This document shows, piece after piece, positions 53,849 through 63,713 of a stretch of DNA of 64,000 nt. Each line of letters begins with the position of its first letter. Position 1 is the first letter of the stretch. The DNA lies in contig OZ245888.1 of assembly GCA_965229565.1 (NCBI GenBank), positions 1,296,639 through 1,360,638 on the forward strand, in the 5' to 3' direction. A model generated the notes under the pieces. That model was not told the origin of the DNA and ran no database searches. It saw only the letters and a list, made by a program, of their open reading frames with translations. A program made the translations under genes and the position numbers. This stretch comes from Gammaproteobacteria bacterium. Its GTDB lineage: Bacteria > Pseudomonadota > Gammaproteobacteria > Eutrophobiales > Eutrophobiaceae.

Positions 53849-54181
53849 ATGGATATCAAAGTAATTGAAGAACAGGGCTCGGCACTACTGGCTCTTGGCG
53901 GTGATGTGGACCTGTCCTGCTCGCCCGAGGCCCGTAAGGCGATTCTTGAAACGCTGGACGACGGTAAAAACTTGCTGATTAACCTCTCTGAAGTGACCTA
54001 CATAGACAGTTCGGGTGTCGCCAGCCTGGTGGAGGGTTACCAGATGGCAAAAAAGATGAAACTGGAGTTCGCGTTGATTAGCGTTAGCGAGGCCGTAATG
54101 AATGTGCTGCAGCTGGCTCGACTGGACTCGGTATTCCCGATATATGCCACATTAGAAGATTATCGCCAGACAACGGGCTGA
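53849..54181 (+). CDS. STAS-domain anti-sigma-factor antagonist (SpoIIAA/RsbV-like)
   Basis: 110 aa with the conserved phosphorylatable Ser context (VTYIDSSGVASL). Confidence 0.8.
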   Translation: MDIKVIEEQGSALLALGGDVDLSCSPEARKAILETLDDGKNLLINLSEVTYIDSSGVASLVEGYQMAKKMKLEFALISVSEAVMNVLQLARLDSVFPIYATLEDYRQTTG

Positions 54182-54203
54182 CTTACACCCGCAACGGAAA
54201 ACA

Positions 54204-54923
54204 CTAGCTGGCTGCCGTGAATTCCATTTTAATGCCGGCCAGTTCGATCAAATCACTGTCCTTCAACTGGTAAGCCTTGGGACCAATCGCCTCGCCATTT
54301 ACAACCGGGTAACGCTTGCCGTCACCATCACTTTCAATGTGTGTAAGAAAATAGCCTTGTGGGCGACGGGATATAACGGCTACCTGTGTACCCGGCTTAC
54401 CCAGGGTGATTAAGGCCTTGGTCAATTCCAGTTCTTTGCCGGCGATAGGACCGTTGAGTACCGTTAAGCGACCCAGTGGCATACCACCACCCGAGGACGT
54501 TTCGCTCATCTTTTGCTCGGCAGCAGCGGCAGACGCCCCGGCCTTTTCCGCTGCCTGCGCGGCAGCCACGGCGGCGCTGGCGGAACCCGGCTTGATGATC
54601 ATGGTTTTTTCGAACTCGTCATCGTCTTCGGTGGCAAGCTCGTTCATGTATTTCAATTCGTGCTTGCCGATGGCGATCACGTCACCGTCTTTAAGCGCAT
54701 GTTTTTTAACGAGTTTACCATTGACATAGGTGCCATTGGTGCTACCCAGGTCTTCCAGAAATGAGTCATCCAGAATAGTGATAACCAGTGCGTGTTTACC
54801 ACTCACTGCTAGGTTATCAATCTGGATGTCGTTATCAGGTTTGCGTCCGATGGTCAGGCGTTCCTGGTTCAGTTCATGTTCACCCTGGACCACGCCATTC
54901 ATACTCAGAACTAACTTTGCCAT
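54204..54923 (-). CDS. FHA-domain protein with two FHA-like domains
   Basis: An N-terminal canonical FHA (LTIGRKPDNDIQI...SGKHA...STNGTYVNG), an Ala-rich linker and a second FHA-like C-terminal domain. Confidence 0.8.
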   Translation of the reverse strand: MAKLVLSMNGVVQGEHELNQERLTIGRKPDNDIQIDNLAVSGKHALVITILDDSFLEDLGSTNGTYVNGKLVKKHALKDGDVIAIGKHELKYMNELATEDDDEFEKTMIIKPGSASAAVAAAQAAEKAGASAAAAEQKMSETSSGGGMPLGRLTVLNGPIAGKELELTKALITLGKPGTQVAVISRRPQGYFLTHIESDGDGKRYPVVNGEAIGPKAYQLKDSDLIELAGIKMEFTAAS

Positions 54924-54943
54924 CGCTAATTCCTATTCCCCGT

Positions 54944-55768
54944 TTATTTGAACCTATTTGTCAATTTTTCTAAGAAGTTCCGTGGTGAAGAATACTCTTC
55001 CAGGACGCGAACCAGTATGACTGAGATGTTGTCCTTGCCCCCATGTCGGTTGGCTGACTGCACTAAATTGTCTGCAGCCTGTACAAGATTAGCACTATAT
55101 TTACTTAGGGTTAAGTGAATTTCTTCATCCGCTACCATATCATTTAATCCATCAGAGCACAGCAGGTAAATATCGTCGGGCAAGACGTTTTCTTCCTTGA
55201 GATCGACCTCGACCTTGTCGTCGATACCCATGGCCCGCGTTACGAGATTTCGGGGAGTTTTTGCGTAGGCCTCTTCCGCTGTATACAAACCTCGATCGAT
55301 CAATTCCTGTACCAGTGAGTGATCCCGGGTGATTTGCTGTAACTCATTGTTTCTAAAGCGGTATACACGAGAATCGCCGACATGGGCTATGGCCAACTTG
55401 TTTTCAAAAAACAGGCTTACAATGATGGTTGTTCCCATCCCCTGGTATTGTTCTCCCTGTTTCGCGGTATCAACAATCAAGCTGTTTGCCTTGCTAACTA
55501 TTTTTTGCAACAGCAGGGTCTGTTCGTAAAAACCGCTTTCCTGGTCCACACGTTCCTTTTTCAACCGTTTTAATTGCTGGCAAATGTCGTGATATATCTG
55601 GGTTACTGCAAGCGCACTGGCTACCTCACCGGCCTTGTAGCCACCCATACCATCAGCAAGGATGGCGAGACCTTTTCGCTTGTCAGCGATGGTACTGTCT
55701 TCGTTGTGTGGACGCCGACGGCCAACATCACTTTGCGAAACAATTTCTAGTTTGGTCGACAGGTCCAT
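54944..55768 (-). CDS. PP2C-family Ser/Thr protein phosphatase (Stp/PppA-like)
   Basis: Motifs SDVGRRRPHNED, ILADGMGGYKAGEVAS and LCSDGL. Confidence 0.85.
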   Translation of the reverse strand: MDLSTKLEIVSQSDVGRRRPHNEDSTIADKRKGLAILADGMGGYKAGEVASALAVTQIYHDICQQLKRLKKERVDQESGFYEQTLLLQKIVSKANSLIVDTAKQGEQYQGMGTTIIVSLFFENKLAIAHVGDSRVYRFRNNELQQITRDHSLVQELIDRGLYTAEEAYAKTPRNLVTRAMGIDDKVEVDLKEENVLPDDIYLLCSDGLNDMVADEEIHLTLSKYSANLVQAADNLVQSANRHGGKDNISVILVRVLEEYSSPRNFLEKLTNRFK

Positions 55769-55940
55769 TATTATTTTTTTGTTGTATCAGTAGGTTATGC
55801 AAGTAAAGCAGTATACACCAAGCCCGGTAATTACATGTCTTGAAGACACTTGCCAACTTATTTTTGGGTGTATTTTACCCTGAATTCACCGAAATCGATG
55901 TAGTTTTGCTGAAATTAATGACTGTCCTTGCCCATGTGAT

Positions 55941-56396
55941 TCAGCAATTTTCGTCGAGGTATTTCCGGTATTTTTGCTGTTCCTCTTTGCGTTGCGCATC
56001 TGACAGGATTGTCGGGTTGAGAGGATCGTTCGTCTCTTCGTAAAGATAGCTGGCACTTTGCATACGTGTCAGATCAGCTTGCACCCGCTTACATCGTTCT
56101 TCCTGTAAGGCCTTGCGTTCGGCCATTTGCTTTTCCTCGGCGAGTCTGGCTTCACGTTCATCATCCATGGTCTCCAGCAGGCGTTGCCTTTTATCAAGAC
56201 GCTGCTGGTACTTCTGGTCAGTAGGCGGCGCTTTTTTAATTATTATTTTCTTTGCAGTTGAGCTATTTGGTTTGTCACCATAAACCACGTTGCCGTTGTC
56301 ATCTGTCCATTTATAAATCTCGGCCACCACGAATTCCCCGTGACTTAACAGGAGTGCAACCAACATGAAATACGAAAGGTAACGTTTATCGAGCAT
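55941..56396 (-). CDS. DUF4124-domain secreted protein
   Basis: A signal peptide, an IYKWTDDNGNVVYGDKP motif and a charged coiled-coil tail. Confidence 0.55.
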   Translation of the reverse strand: MLDKRYLSYFMLVALLLSHGEFVVAEIYKWTDDNGNVVYGDKPNSSTAKKIIIKKAPPTDQKYQQRLDKRQRLLETMDDEREARLAEEKQMAERKALQEERCKRVQADLTRMQSASYLYEETNDPLNPTILSDAQRKEEQQKYRKYLDENC

Positions 56397-56466
56397 CGAG
56401 ATATTGGATCGTGCAAATTACCGTATTATCGGCCTATTTTACTTTGCCACGGAACATTTGTCCTGA

Positions 56467-57951
56467 TTAGGCTACCTGGCTTTTGTGCAAGGATTGTAGT
56501 TTTTTCAGGGCAGATTTCAGCTCCCTGGTGATGGTTTTGTAGGCATTTAATTCAGCCTCGCTCAGGGCTTTTGTCCCCTTGTCGTAAGTGATCACGAAGC
56601 AGCCATAGGGTTTGCCATCCAGTTTTAAGCTATGCAGCAGCATGCACTCGTTAATCTTGTCTGAAACCAGCCCGGGCGGCATGTGTGGCAGGTATTTATG
56701 CTTATTGTCGTCATTGATGATTAGTAATACTTCTTTCTGCATCAGCTTCTCAAACAGTCGGTTCAATTCCAGCGATATCAGGAGTCTGGCTAACTGTTTC
56801 GATGCATTGTCATTGGCAGTGATAGCCGAGTCCAGGCAGTTATCAGTGTGATTCATGAAGAAGAAAGCAGTTCTTGTAAAGCCGATAGTGTCATGCAGGG
56901 TGTTGATGACTTGCTTGATTGGAATGATATGAGATGCAGCAGCAGGAATTTTACGTAGCAACTCGATACAGTTTAATAAATTTTCCTTGCGATTGACGGG
57001 TGTTGATTGCTTGTCTGCTTGATCCAGCCGTGCAGGGTGGCTCATGAAAGCGCGAATACTGTTGCCGGGTGGCAATTTACCATGCGTGTTGCGAAAGGCC
57101 TGCACTATGCTGCGATTTATCAATACATGTGTTTTCTGTTCATTTACGCGCATGTAGGTAGTGACCTTCTGGAACAGTTTTTCCGGGTAGTCATAGCACT
57201 TGTGAATATACAGCCACTGCACCACTTCACTCGCTAACCGTATACCGGCCAGCTTGGGGCTGTGCTGCTTGTCAGCAAAATTTTCCCTGATCAGGTAGGG
57301 TAAATGCCAGGCCTGGGCAATGGCGCTTGACAATTCTTCCACGCTATACCCAAGCAGCTCCTTCTCCTTCTCGATTAACTCTGCCAGGCTGGATGTGCTG
57401 TAATTATAGAGTTTGATGGCCGTATCGAACTCGGTCAGGTATAGAATCAGGTACAGAAAGTCATGGTTCACTCCCGCTGTAAATAATTCATTATTCTCTG
57501 ATTCCTGTCGCTGTATAGACCAGGCCATGGCCAGTGAACCGTTTAAATGCTGGTAGAAATACAGGCGCTTGATCCTGTAGGCCAGTTCTGGTTTGACGGT
57601 TTGCTCGAGCACCGGTAACCGATGCATTAATTTAATCGTGGCGGGAATACTCAGCAGCAATATGGCGTGAGAAAGCGTCGTAATCTCACGTTTTTTTCTG
57701 CTGCGGATACCGGCCTCACGCAACAGGCTGATTGAAAACCCCGGATCGAGCCGGGCCAGGCCCAGGAGGTCGTCAACCTTGATGTTGTCCTCGTTATCAA
57801 GCAGTTCGACAAGGCGACGTTTACTCGCCGCCAGTACCGGGAACTGGCAGTCGCTGGCCTGTTTAATCCATTCTGTTAGTGTTTTCGCCATTAATTGTTG
57901 CCCTTGAATGGCGCCAATACGCGACAAAGCACGTGCGCCAATAGCTTTCAA
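56467..57951 (-). CDS. HDOD-domain signalling protein with an uncharacterised C-terminal domain. The true start may be the Met at codon 21.
   Basis: HDOD-like N-terminal half (FPVLAASKRRLVELLDNEDNIKVDDLLGLARLDPGFSISLLREAG). The roughly 200-aa C-terminus has no clear match. Confidence 0.5.
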   Translation of the reverse strand: MKAIGARALSRIGAIQGQQLMAKTLTEWIKQASDCQFPVLAASKRRLVELLDNEDNIKVDDLLGLARLDPGFSISLLREAGIRSRKKREITTLSHAILLLSIPATIKLMHRLPVLEQTVKPELAYRIKRLYFYQHLNGSLAMAWSIQRQESENNELFTAGVNHDFLYLILYLTEFDTAIKLYNYSTSSLAELIEKEKELLGYSVEELSSAIAQAWHLPYLIRENFADKQHSPKLAGIRLASEVVQWLYIHKCYDYPEKLFQKVTTYMRVNEQKTHVLINRSIVQAFRNTHGKLPPGNSIRAFMSHPARLDQADKQSTPVNRKENLLNCIELLRKIPAAASHIIPIKQVINTLHDTIGFTRTAFFFMNHTDNCLDSAITANDNASKQLARLLISLELNRLFEKLMQKEVLLIINDDNKHKYLPHMPPGLVSDKINECMLLHSLKLDGKPYGCFVITYDKGTKALSEAELNAYKTITRELKSALKKLQSLHKSQVA

Positions 57952-57984
57952 TATCGGGCGAAACGGGTATAACTTGAGGAATTA

Positions 57985-58006
57985 CGGGGATATTTGGCTA
58001 TCCCCG
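57985..58006 (-). terminator. Hairpin CGGGGATA-tttggc-TATCCCCG immediately 3' of fdxA. A weak terminator or attenuator candidate.
   Basis: Perfect 8-bp stem, 11 nt downstream of the fdxA stop. The following U-tract is poor. Confidence 0.3.
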
Positions 58007-58016
58007 CGGGTGGATT

Positions 58017-58340
58017 CTAGCGTTCCAGGTACTCGAGTTTGCCGGTTTTTTCTTTCCACTCATCGGCATCTTCGGGGGGAGTTTTCATTTCATTGATAAC
58101 CGGCCATTCCCTGGATAGTTCGGCATTTAATTCTATGAATTCCTGCTGGTTTTCCGGTACATCTTCATCAGACATGATGGCCTCAACCGGGCATTCCGGT
58201 TCACAAAGTGTACAGTCAATACACTCGTCCGGGTCAATCACCAGCATATTGGGGCCCTCGTGGAAGCAGTCAACCGGACAGACTTCTACGCAGTCGGTGT
58301 ATTTGCACTTGATACAGCTTTCTGTGACAACAAATGGCAT
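58017..58340 (-). CDS. fdxA: 7Fe ferredoxin (Azotobacter FdI type)
   Basis: 107 aa with cysteine motifs [18 protein letters not shown] and [12 protein letters not shown]. Confidence 0.9.
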   Translation of the reverse strand: MPFVVTESCIKCKYTDCVEVCPVDCFHEGPNMLVIDPDECIDCTLCEPECPVEAIMSDEDVPENQQEFIELNAELSREWPVINEMKTPPEDADEWKEKTGKLEYLER

Positions 58341-58415
58341 TGAAATTACCTTTCTGTACTGGTTTAGAAAAGAAACGGATCATACTCGTTCCCGGGTCTG
58401 CAAAAAAGTCCCAAT

Positions 58416-59339
58416 TTAGCCCCGTAGCAGGCTGGATATTTCATCGGCCAGGGCCGATCCCTTGCTTAGTTCCTCTACGCCCACGTCGAATTTCTGCATT
58501 TCATTCAGAACAGCTATCTGTACCTCGTGGGAGCTGCCCTCGCGATAGAAGATCATGTAACGACGCGTATCACCTTGCTCGGCCTCAACTGCTGTTACAT
58601 TTGGCATCGCACCCAGGGTTTCAATAATATCTACCGCGGGACTGGATTCAAGGCGCAGGCGGAAACACTGGTGCATGCGCTTGATGTCGCTGATCGTGCC
58701 TGATCTGATCAATTTACCGTGGTTTAAGACAACAATATTTCGGCAGATGCCTTCTATCTCGTCAATATTATGGGAACTGATAAACAGGCAGTAATCCTTG
58801 GCCAGTTCTTGCAGCAATTGATGCACTTCACGGGTTACTACCGGGTCCAGTCCCGAGGTCGGTTCATCCAGCAGGATTAAACGTGGTGAACCAATCAATG
58901 CCTGGGCAAGCAATACTTTTTTACGCTGGCCGAAGCTCAGGGTTTCCGGGTATTGCCTGGCCAGGGACAGCGCGTTCACGCGCTCCATTGTCGCCCCCAC
59001 TTCCTGCCTCGCCTGGTGCCTGTTGAAACCCTGCAGCCTCGCATAATGACAAAGCTGCGCATGCACACTGATACCCTTATACATGCTGGTGTCCTGCGGC
59101 AGGATCCCAAGCTTGCCCTTCAGGCCAGGCTGTCGTACATCCATGCCCATGACCTGTACAGAGCCGGCACTGGGTCGTATGAAACCGCAGAGTATGGCAA
59201 ACAGCGTCGATTTGCCCGCGCCATTGGCACCAACCAGCCCGGTTGGTTCAGATAGATCGATATCCAAATCCAGCGCCTGCAGCGCTGTCACGCTGCCAAA
59301 GCGCTTGCCAAGTCCCTGACACTGTATCCTGTTCGTCAT
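58416..59339 (-). CDS. ABC transporter ATP-binding protein (ABC-2 exporter type)
   Basis: Walker A (GANGAGKST), an ABC signature (LSFGQRKKV), Walker B (LILLDEP) and an extra C-terminal domain. Confidence 0.85.
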   Translation of the reverse strand: MTNRIQCQGLGKRFGSVTALQALDLDIDLSEPTGLVGANGAGKSTLFAILCGFIRPSAGSVQVMGMDVRQPGLKGKLGILPQDTSMYKGISVHAQLCHYARLQGFNRHQARQEVGATMERVNALSLARQYPETLSFGQRKKVLLAQALIGSPRLILLDEPTSGLDPVVTREVHQLLQELAKDYCLFISSHNIDEIEGICRNIVVLNHGKLIRSGTISDIKRMHQCFRLRLESSPAVDIIETLGAMPNVTAVEAEQGDTRRYMIFYREGSSHEVQIAVLNEMQKFDVGVEELSKGSALADEISSLLRG

Positions 59340-60148
59340 TACACGTCCCGGGTCCTGAAAATGAACCAGCCAAGTATGTAATACGACAGGGCATACAGGC
59401 TGAGCGCTGCAATGGCTGTCATGGTATGGGTAGTGTTTATCTCAAACAGGAAGGGACGAATGGCACTGGGTAACACATAGGCTATCGTGGAAATATCCTT
59501 GTGTAGCCAGAGAATGACGAATACCAGGAACGTATAAAGCATCAGTGCCAGGAACAGGTTGCCCATGGCTGATTTTGCCAGTGCCGAGGTCATGGTCATG
59601 AAGGCAACAAAAGGCAGGCAGTAAAACAACAACAGTAGCAGCGTTTCTGCCGCAAAAACGACCAGGCGCAATACCTGCGCCTCTTCATTCAGCCAGGCGA
59701 CGACCAATGCCCATGCCGTGGCAATGACAATACAACTGGCAGCAACCAGTAACGATGACAGGAACCGTGACAGGTACAATTCATGCCGGGTTGCTCTTGT
59801 CAGGACAAAGCGAAATGCACCTCGGGCACGGTCACTTGATAACTGGTTATTGGCTGCAAACATGATAAACAACGGCATGATACCGACGGAGATCAGCAGG
59901 AAAACCGAAAGCGTCGGTGAACGGTCAACCAGTAACTGTAGTGCCAGTTCCTGGTCTTCCAGTAGCCAGCTGGCAATAAACAAACCCTGCGTGCTTTGCA
60001 GCCATTCCAGGGTCGTTGCCGAGTAGTTGCTGAAGATCAGGTACCAGAACAGGAAGTAGGGGATGACAAAAAGCGTGTTACGCATGCTGGTAAATGCATA
60101 AACAAAGTCGAATCTGACCAGTTCGAAAATACGGGGCAGGTTAGGCAC
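59339..60148 (-). CDS. ABC-2-family transporter permease
   Basis: 269 aa with 6 TM helices. Its start overlaps the stop of the ATPase gene. Confidence 0.6.
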   Translation of the reverse strand: MPNLPRIFELVRFDFVYAFTSMRNTLFVIPYFLFWYLIFSNYSATTLEWLQSTQGLFIASWLLEDQELALQLLVDRSPTLSVFLLISVGIMPLFIMFAANNQLSSDRARGAFRFVLTRATRHELYLSRFLSSLLVAASCIVIATAWALVVAWLNEEAQVLRLVVFAAETLLLLLFYCLPFVAFMTMTSALAKSAMGNLFLALMLYTFLVFVILWLHKDISTIAYVLPSAIRPFLFEINTTHTMTAIAALSLYALSYYILGWFIFRTRDV

Positions 60149-60159
60149 GGCCGTGGGAT

Positions 60160-62718
60160 TTATTTATCGCTGAGTAAGGTTTTCAGTTCGTACAGGAGAG
60201 CAAGCGCCTGTTTCGGCGTTGTCGCATCAGGATCGATCTCCTTTAATTTCTGCAGCGCCGGTTCTTCAATAAACAGGTCGGGTTGCGGTGTTTGGCCACT
60301 GTCGTGAACTTGCAGGGATTCGATCTCCAACAGTCGCTTGCGCGCCAGGTCGATGACATTGGCGGGTACACCAGCCAGGGCCGCCACGTGTAACCCGTAA
60401 CTCTGGCTGGCCGGACCGGGTCTGACGCTATGCAGGAAAACGACGTCATTACCATGTTCAATCGCCTCCATGTGGACATTGCTGACCTGGGGGTAGCGTT
60501 CGGGCAGGGCCGTCATTTCGAAATAATGGGTCGCAAAAAGACAATACGCATGAGTTGTTTCAACAAGCTGCTGGGCGCAGGCCCAGGCCAGTGCCAGGCC
60601 GTCATAGGTACTGGTGCCCCTACCAATCTCGTCCAGTAGTACCAGGCTGTGTTCGGTAGCACAGTTCAGTATTGTCGCGGCCTCGGTCATTTCCACCATG
60701 AAAGTTGAACGACCGCTGGCCAGGTCATCGGCCGCGCCAATGCGGGTGAATATCCTGTCCAGCTTGCCTATGCAGGCACTCTCTGCCGGCACGAAACTAC
60801 CGATATGGGCCAGGATTACAATTAATGCATTTTGCCGCATGTAGGTGGATTTACCGCCCATGTTCGGGCCGGTAATGATCAACATCTGCCGCTTTTCATC
60901 CAGTTGCAGATCGTTGGCAATAAAGGTCTCTGCCTGGATCTGTTCAACAACCAGGTGACGTCCGCCATTTATCTCCAGTTGCTTATCATTGCTCAGCCGC
61001 GGCATGGTGAGATTCAGGGTTTCAGCTATGTTGGCAAAGCAAAGGTAAATATCCAGCTCGGCAACAACATTAGCATTACGCTGCAGTGGCTCGATAAATT
61101 CGGCAATGTAGTCGAGCAACGATTCGAACAGCTGCTTTTCCCGGGCCAGCGCCTTTTCCCTTGCGCTTAGTATCCTGGTTTCAAATGATTTCAGTTCAGG
61201 TGTAATAAAGCGTTCGGCGGCTTTGAGTGTCTGGCGTCGGGAATAATCGGTGGGCACCTTGTCAGCATGACTGCGACCAATCTCGATGTAGTAACCGTGT
61301 ACGCGGTTGAAGCCGATTTTCAGTGTGTTGATACCGGTTCGGGAACGTTCCCGGGATTCGAGGTCATGCAGGTATTGACCGACATCGGTGTTGATATGGC
61401 GCAGTTCATCCAGCTCGGCGTCATAGCCGTCGGCGATGACGCCACCGTCACGTACCGTAACTGGTGGTTCTTCGACCAGCGCCTGTTCAAGACGATTGAC
61501 CAGCTCGGGCAACAGATCCATTTTATCCTGCAAAGCCATTAAACGAGGACTATCAACATCGGACAGACGCTGCTTGATGGCCGGTAATTGTTGCAGGCTG
61601 TTGCGTAGTTGTATCAGGTCACGTGGACGTGATGACCGTAGTACCACGCGTGCCAGTATGCGTTCGATATCACAGATCTGGCGCATATCATCGTGAAAAT
61701 CACGATGCAGGAAATTAGCCTGTAATTGCTTGACCGCGTCATAGCGCAGTCGCAGCTCGTCATGATCGCGGGTAGGTTGTTGCAGCCAGCGTCGCAACAG
61801 GCGTCCACCCATTACCGTCGAAGTCGTATCGATGACGTCTAGCAGTGAATGCGAGGTGCCAGGCATGATGCTGCTTTCGAGTTCAAGATTGCGGCGCGAG
61901 GCGGCATCGATCTGGATGCAGTCCTCGTTGTGGCGCAGTCGTGGTGGCTGCAAGTGAGGTAACAGGGTCTTTTGTGTCTCTACCAGGTAGCACAACAAAC
62001 CGCCGAGTGCGCCAATAGCAGCAGTCAGGTCAGCACAGCCAAAACCGTTTAAATCACGGACGCCGTATTGCTTTTTCAAAAGCGTAACCGAGCTATCATA
62101 ATCAAATTGGAGATCAGGCCTGCGGGTCAGGCATTGCCTGGTATCAGATCGGGTTTCCAGCGTGTCATGTTCTCCGACCAGTATCTCGGCAGGATTGAAC
62201 TGTGCAAGCAGGTCATCCAGGTTGGCGTCGGCTTCGCATTCAAGCAGTTCGACCCGACCGCTGCTGAGTTCGGTCAAGGCCACGCCCAGCTTTTCGTTTT
62301 GTTGGCATATTGCCATCAGGGTGTTAGGTGAGCGTTCTTCCAGCAAGGCCTCATCGGTCAGCGTGCCGGGTGTCAGGATGCGTACGACTTTTCTCTCGAC
62401 CGGCCCCTTGCTGAGTGCCGGGTCGCCGATTTGTTCACATATCACTACCGATTCACCGAGCTTGATTAGTCGCGCCAGGTAAGTCTCTACCGCGTGGTAG
62501 GGAACCCCGGCCATAGGAATGGCCTCGCCGGCGGATTTCCCGCGTCGAGTCAGGGTGATATCAAGCAGGCGGGCCGCCTTCCTTGCGTCCTCGTAGAATA
62601 ATTCATAGAAGTCGCCCATCCTGAAGAACAGCAGCATATCTGGATACTCGGCTTTGAAACCAAGGTATTGCTGCATCACGGGAGTATGCGTAGGTGACTG
62701 CTTGGTGTCGGCAGGCAT
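60160..62718 (-). CDS. mutS: DNA mismatch repair protein MutS
   Basis: 852 aa with TPVMQQY...FYELF, Walker A (GPNMGGKST) and STFMVEM motifs. Confidence 0.95.
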   Translation of the reverse strand: MPADTKQSPTHTPVMQQYLGFKAEYPDMLLFFRMGDFYELFYEDARKAARLLDITLTRRGKSAGEAIPMAGVPYHAVETYLARLIKLGESVVICEQIGDPALSKGPVERKVVRILTPGTLTDEALLEERSPNTLMAICQQNEKLGVALTELSSGRVELLECEADANLDDLLAQFNPAEILVGEHDTLETRSDTRQCLTRRPDLQFDYDSSVTLLKKQYGVRDLNGFGCADLTAAIGALGGLLCYLVETQKTLLPHLQPPRLRHNEDCIQIDAASRRNLELESSIMPGTSHSLLDVIDTTSTVMGGRLLRRWLQQPTRDHDELRLRYDAVKQLQANFLHRDFHDDMRQICDIERILARVVLRSSRPRDLIQLRNSLQQLPAIKQRLSDVDSPRLMALQDKMDLLPELVNRLEQALVEEPPVTVRDGGVIADGYDAELDELRHINTDVGQYLHDLESRERSRTGINTLKIGFNRVHGYYIEIGRSHADKVPTDYSRRQTLKAAERFITPELKSFETRILSAREKALAREKQLFESLLDYIAEFIEPLQRNANVVAELDIYLCFANIAETLNLTMPRLSNDKQLEINGGRHLVVEQIQAETFIANDLQLDEKRQMLIITGPNMGGKSTYMRQNALIVILAHIGSFVPAESACIGKLDRIFTRIGAADDLASGRSTFMVEMTEAATILNCATEHSLVLLDEIGRGTSTYDGLALAWACAQQLVETTHAYCLFATHYFEMTALPERYPQVSNVHMEAIEHGNDVVFLHSVRPGPASQSYGLHVAALAGVPANVIDLARKRLLEIESLQVHDSGQTPQPDLFIEEPALQKLKEIDPDATTPKQALALLYELKTLLSDK

Positions 62719-62767
62719 GGCGTTATTCTAGTTTAACTGGTTGGGCTTGGCTATTGCCTGTGGAGGC

Positions 62768-63706
62768 TCAGGAGCAGGTGTTGTCCACCTCGCACTGAAA
62801 GGCCGTTGATTGCATGCGCATGATTCCCTGGGAATAAAGCACGATACTGAGTCTGCCGTTGTCAGCCGGGTTATTGATACAACTGCGGGCAAAGGAACCT
62901 GCCGGTGGTGGCCCAAAAAATCCTTCGGGCGTGTTGTCGGTGTCGGGCCAGTAATTGCCATAATTGATCTCTGCCGGCGGTGCTGATCCGGTACCGTATC
63001 GTTGCCATGCCCAGATCATGCGGTTTACAAAGGGAACGATAAGTTCATAACAGTAACCAATGTGAATCTTGAGCAGGTTGGCATCCTGCAACGACTGGGC
63101 CGACGTGCCGCCGCCGATAACGTTGGCATCACGGTACATCAGGTTGTCGTTGGGAATACCCAGTACCGTTCCGCGTTCAGCATCATTGAACATCACGCCG
63201 TAATCGCCAAAGGCCTCGGCGCTGGGGTTGATCACGCTGATGTTGACATAGCCATTGTCGATTTGTTGCTGAACTATCTGCCGGGCGCAGAGCACATCGT
63301 CAGATTCGAAAGTATTAATATTGGCATCCAGTACACCACGGGTATTGGTCTGCGTTATTTTCGACGTGCCGATGCGCGTCTGCCTGCCGGCATCGGTGTC
63401 CAAAAAGGTATTGGAACAGGCGCCGGAATTATCCATATCGAGAAAACTGCTGGTATAGATTGGTGCCATGTTACTGGCAAAGGCCAGTTGCATCGCATCA
63501 ATACTGGCATTATTGAGACTGCCTGCACGAGCTGTCTGGAAGGCGGCATAGTTGAGAGTAATCTTGGCCTGGTAGATCAGTGCAAACTGCAGGATGCCCA
63601 TGACCAGCATCAGCATTACCGGTAGTACGATCAGGAATTCGACCATGGCCTGACCGTTTCGTGTCGACGGGCAGGACATGGGGTGAACCACGTCTCGTGC
63701 ATGCAT
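62768..63706 (-). CDS. TadE/TadG-family Flp-pilus assembly (pseudopilin-like) protein
   Basis: TadE-like N-terminus GQAMVEFLIVLPVMLMLVMGILQFALIYQAK, followed by a periplasmic domain. Confidence 0.65.
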   Translation of the reverse strand: MHARDVVHPMSCPSTRNGQAMVEFLIVLPVMLMLVMGILQFALIYQAKITLNYAAFQTARAGSLNNASIDAMQLAFASNMAPIYTSSFLDMDNSGACSNTFLDTDAGRQTRIGTSKITQTNTRGVLDANINTFESDDVLCARQIVQQQIDNGYVNISVINPSAEAFGDYGVMFNDAERGTVLGIPNDNLMYRDANVIGGGTSAQSLQDANLLKIHIGYCYELIVPFVNRMIWAWQRYGTGSAPPAEINYGNYWPDTDNTPEGFFGPPPAGSFARSCINNPADNGRLSIVLYSQGIMRMQSTAFQCEVDNTCS

Positions 63707-63713
63707 CAGGTGG

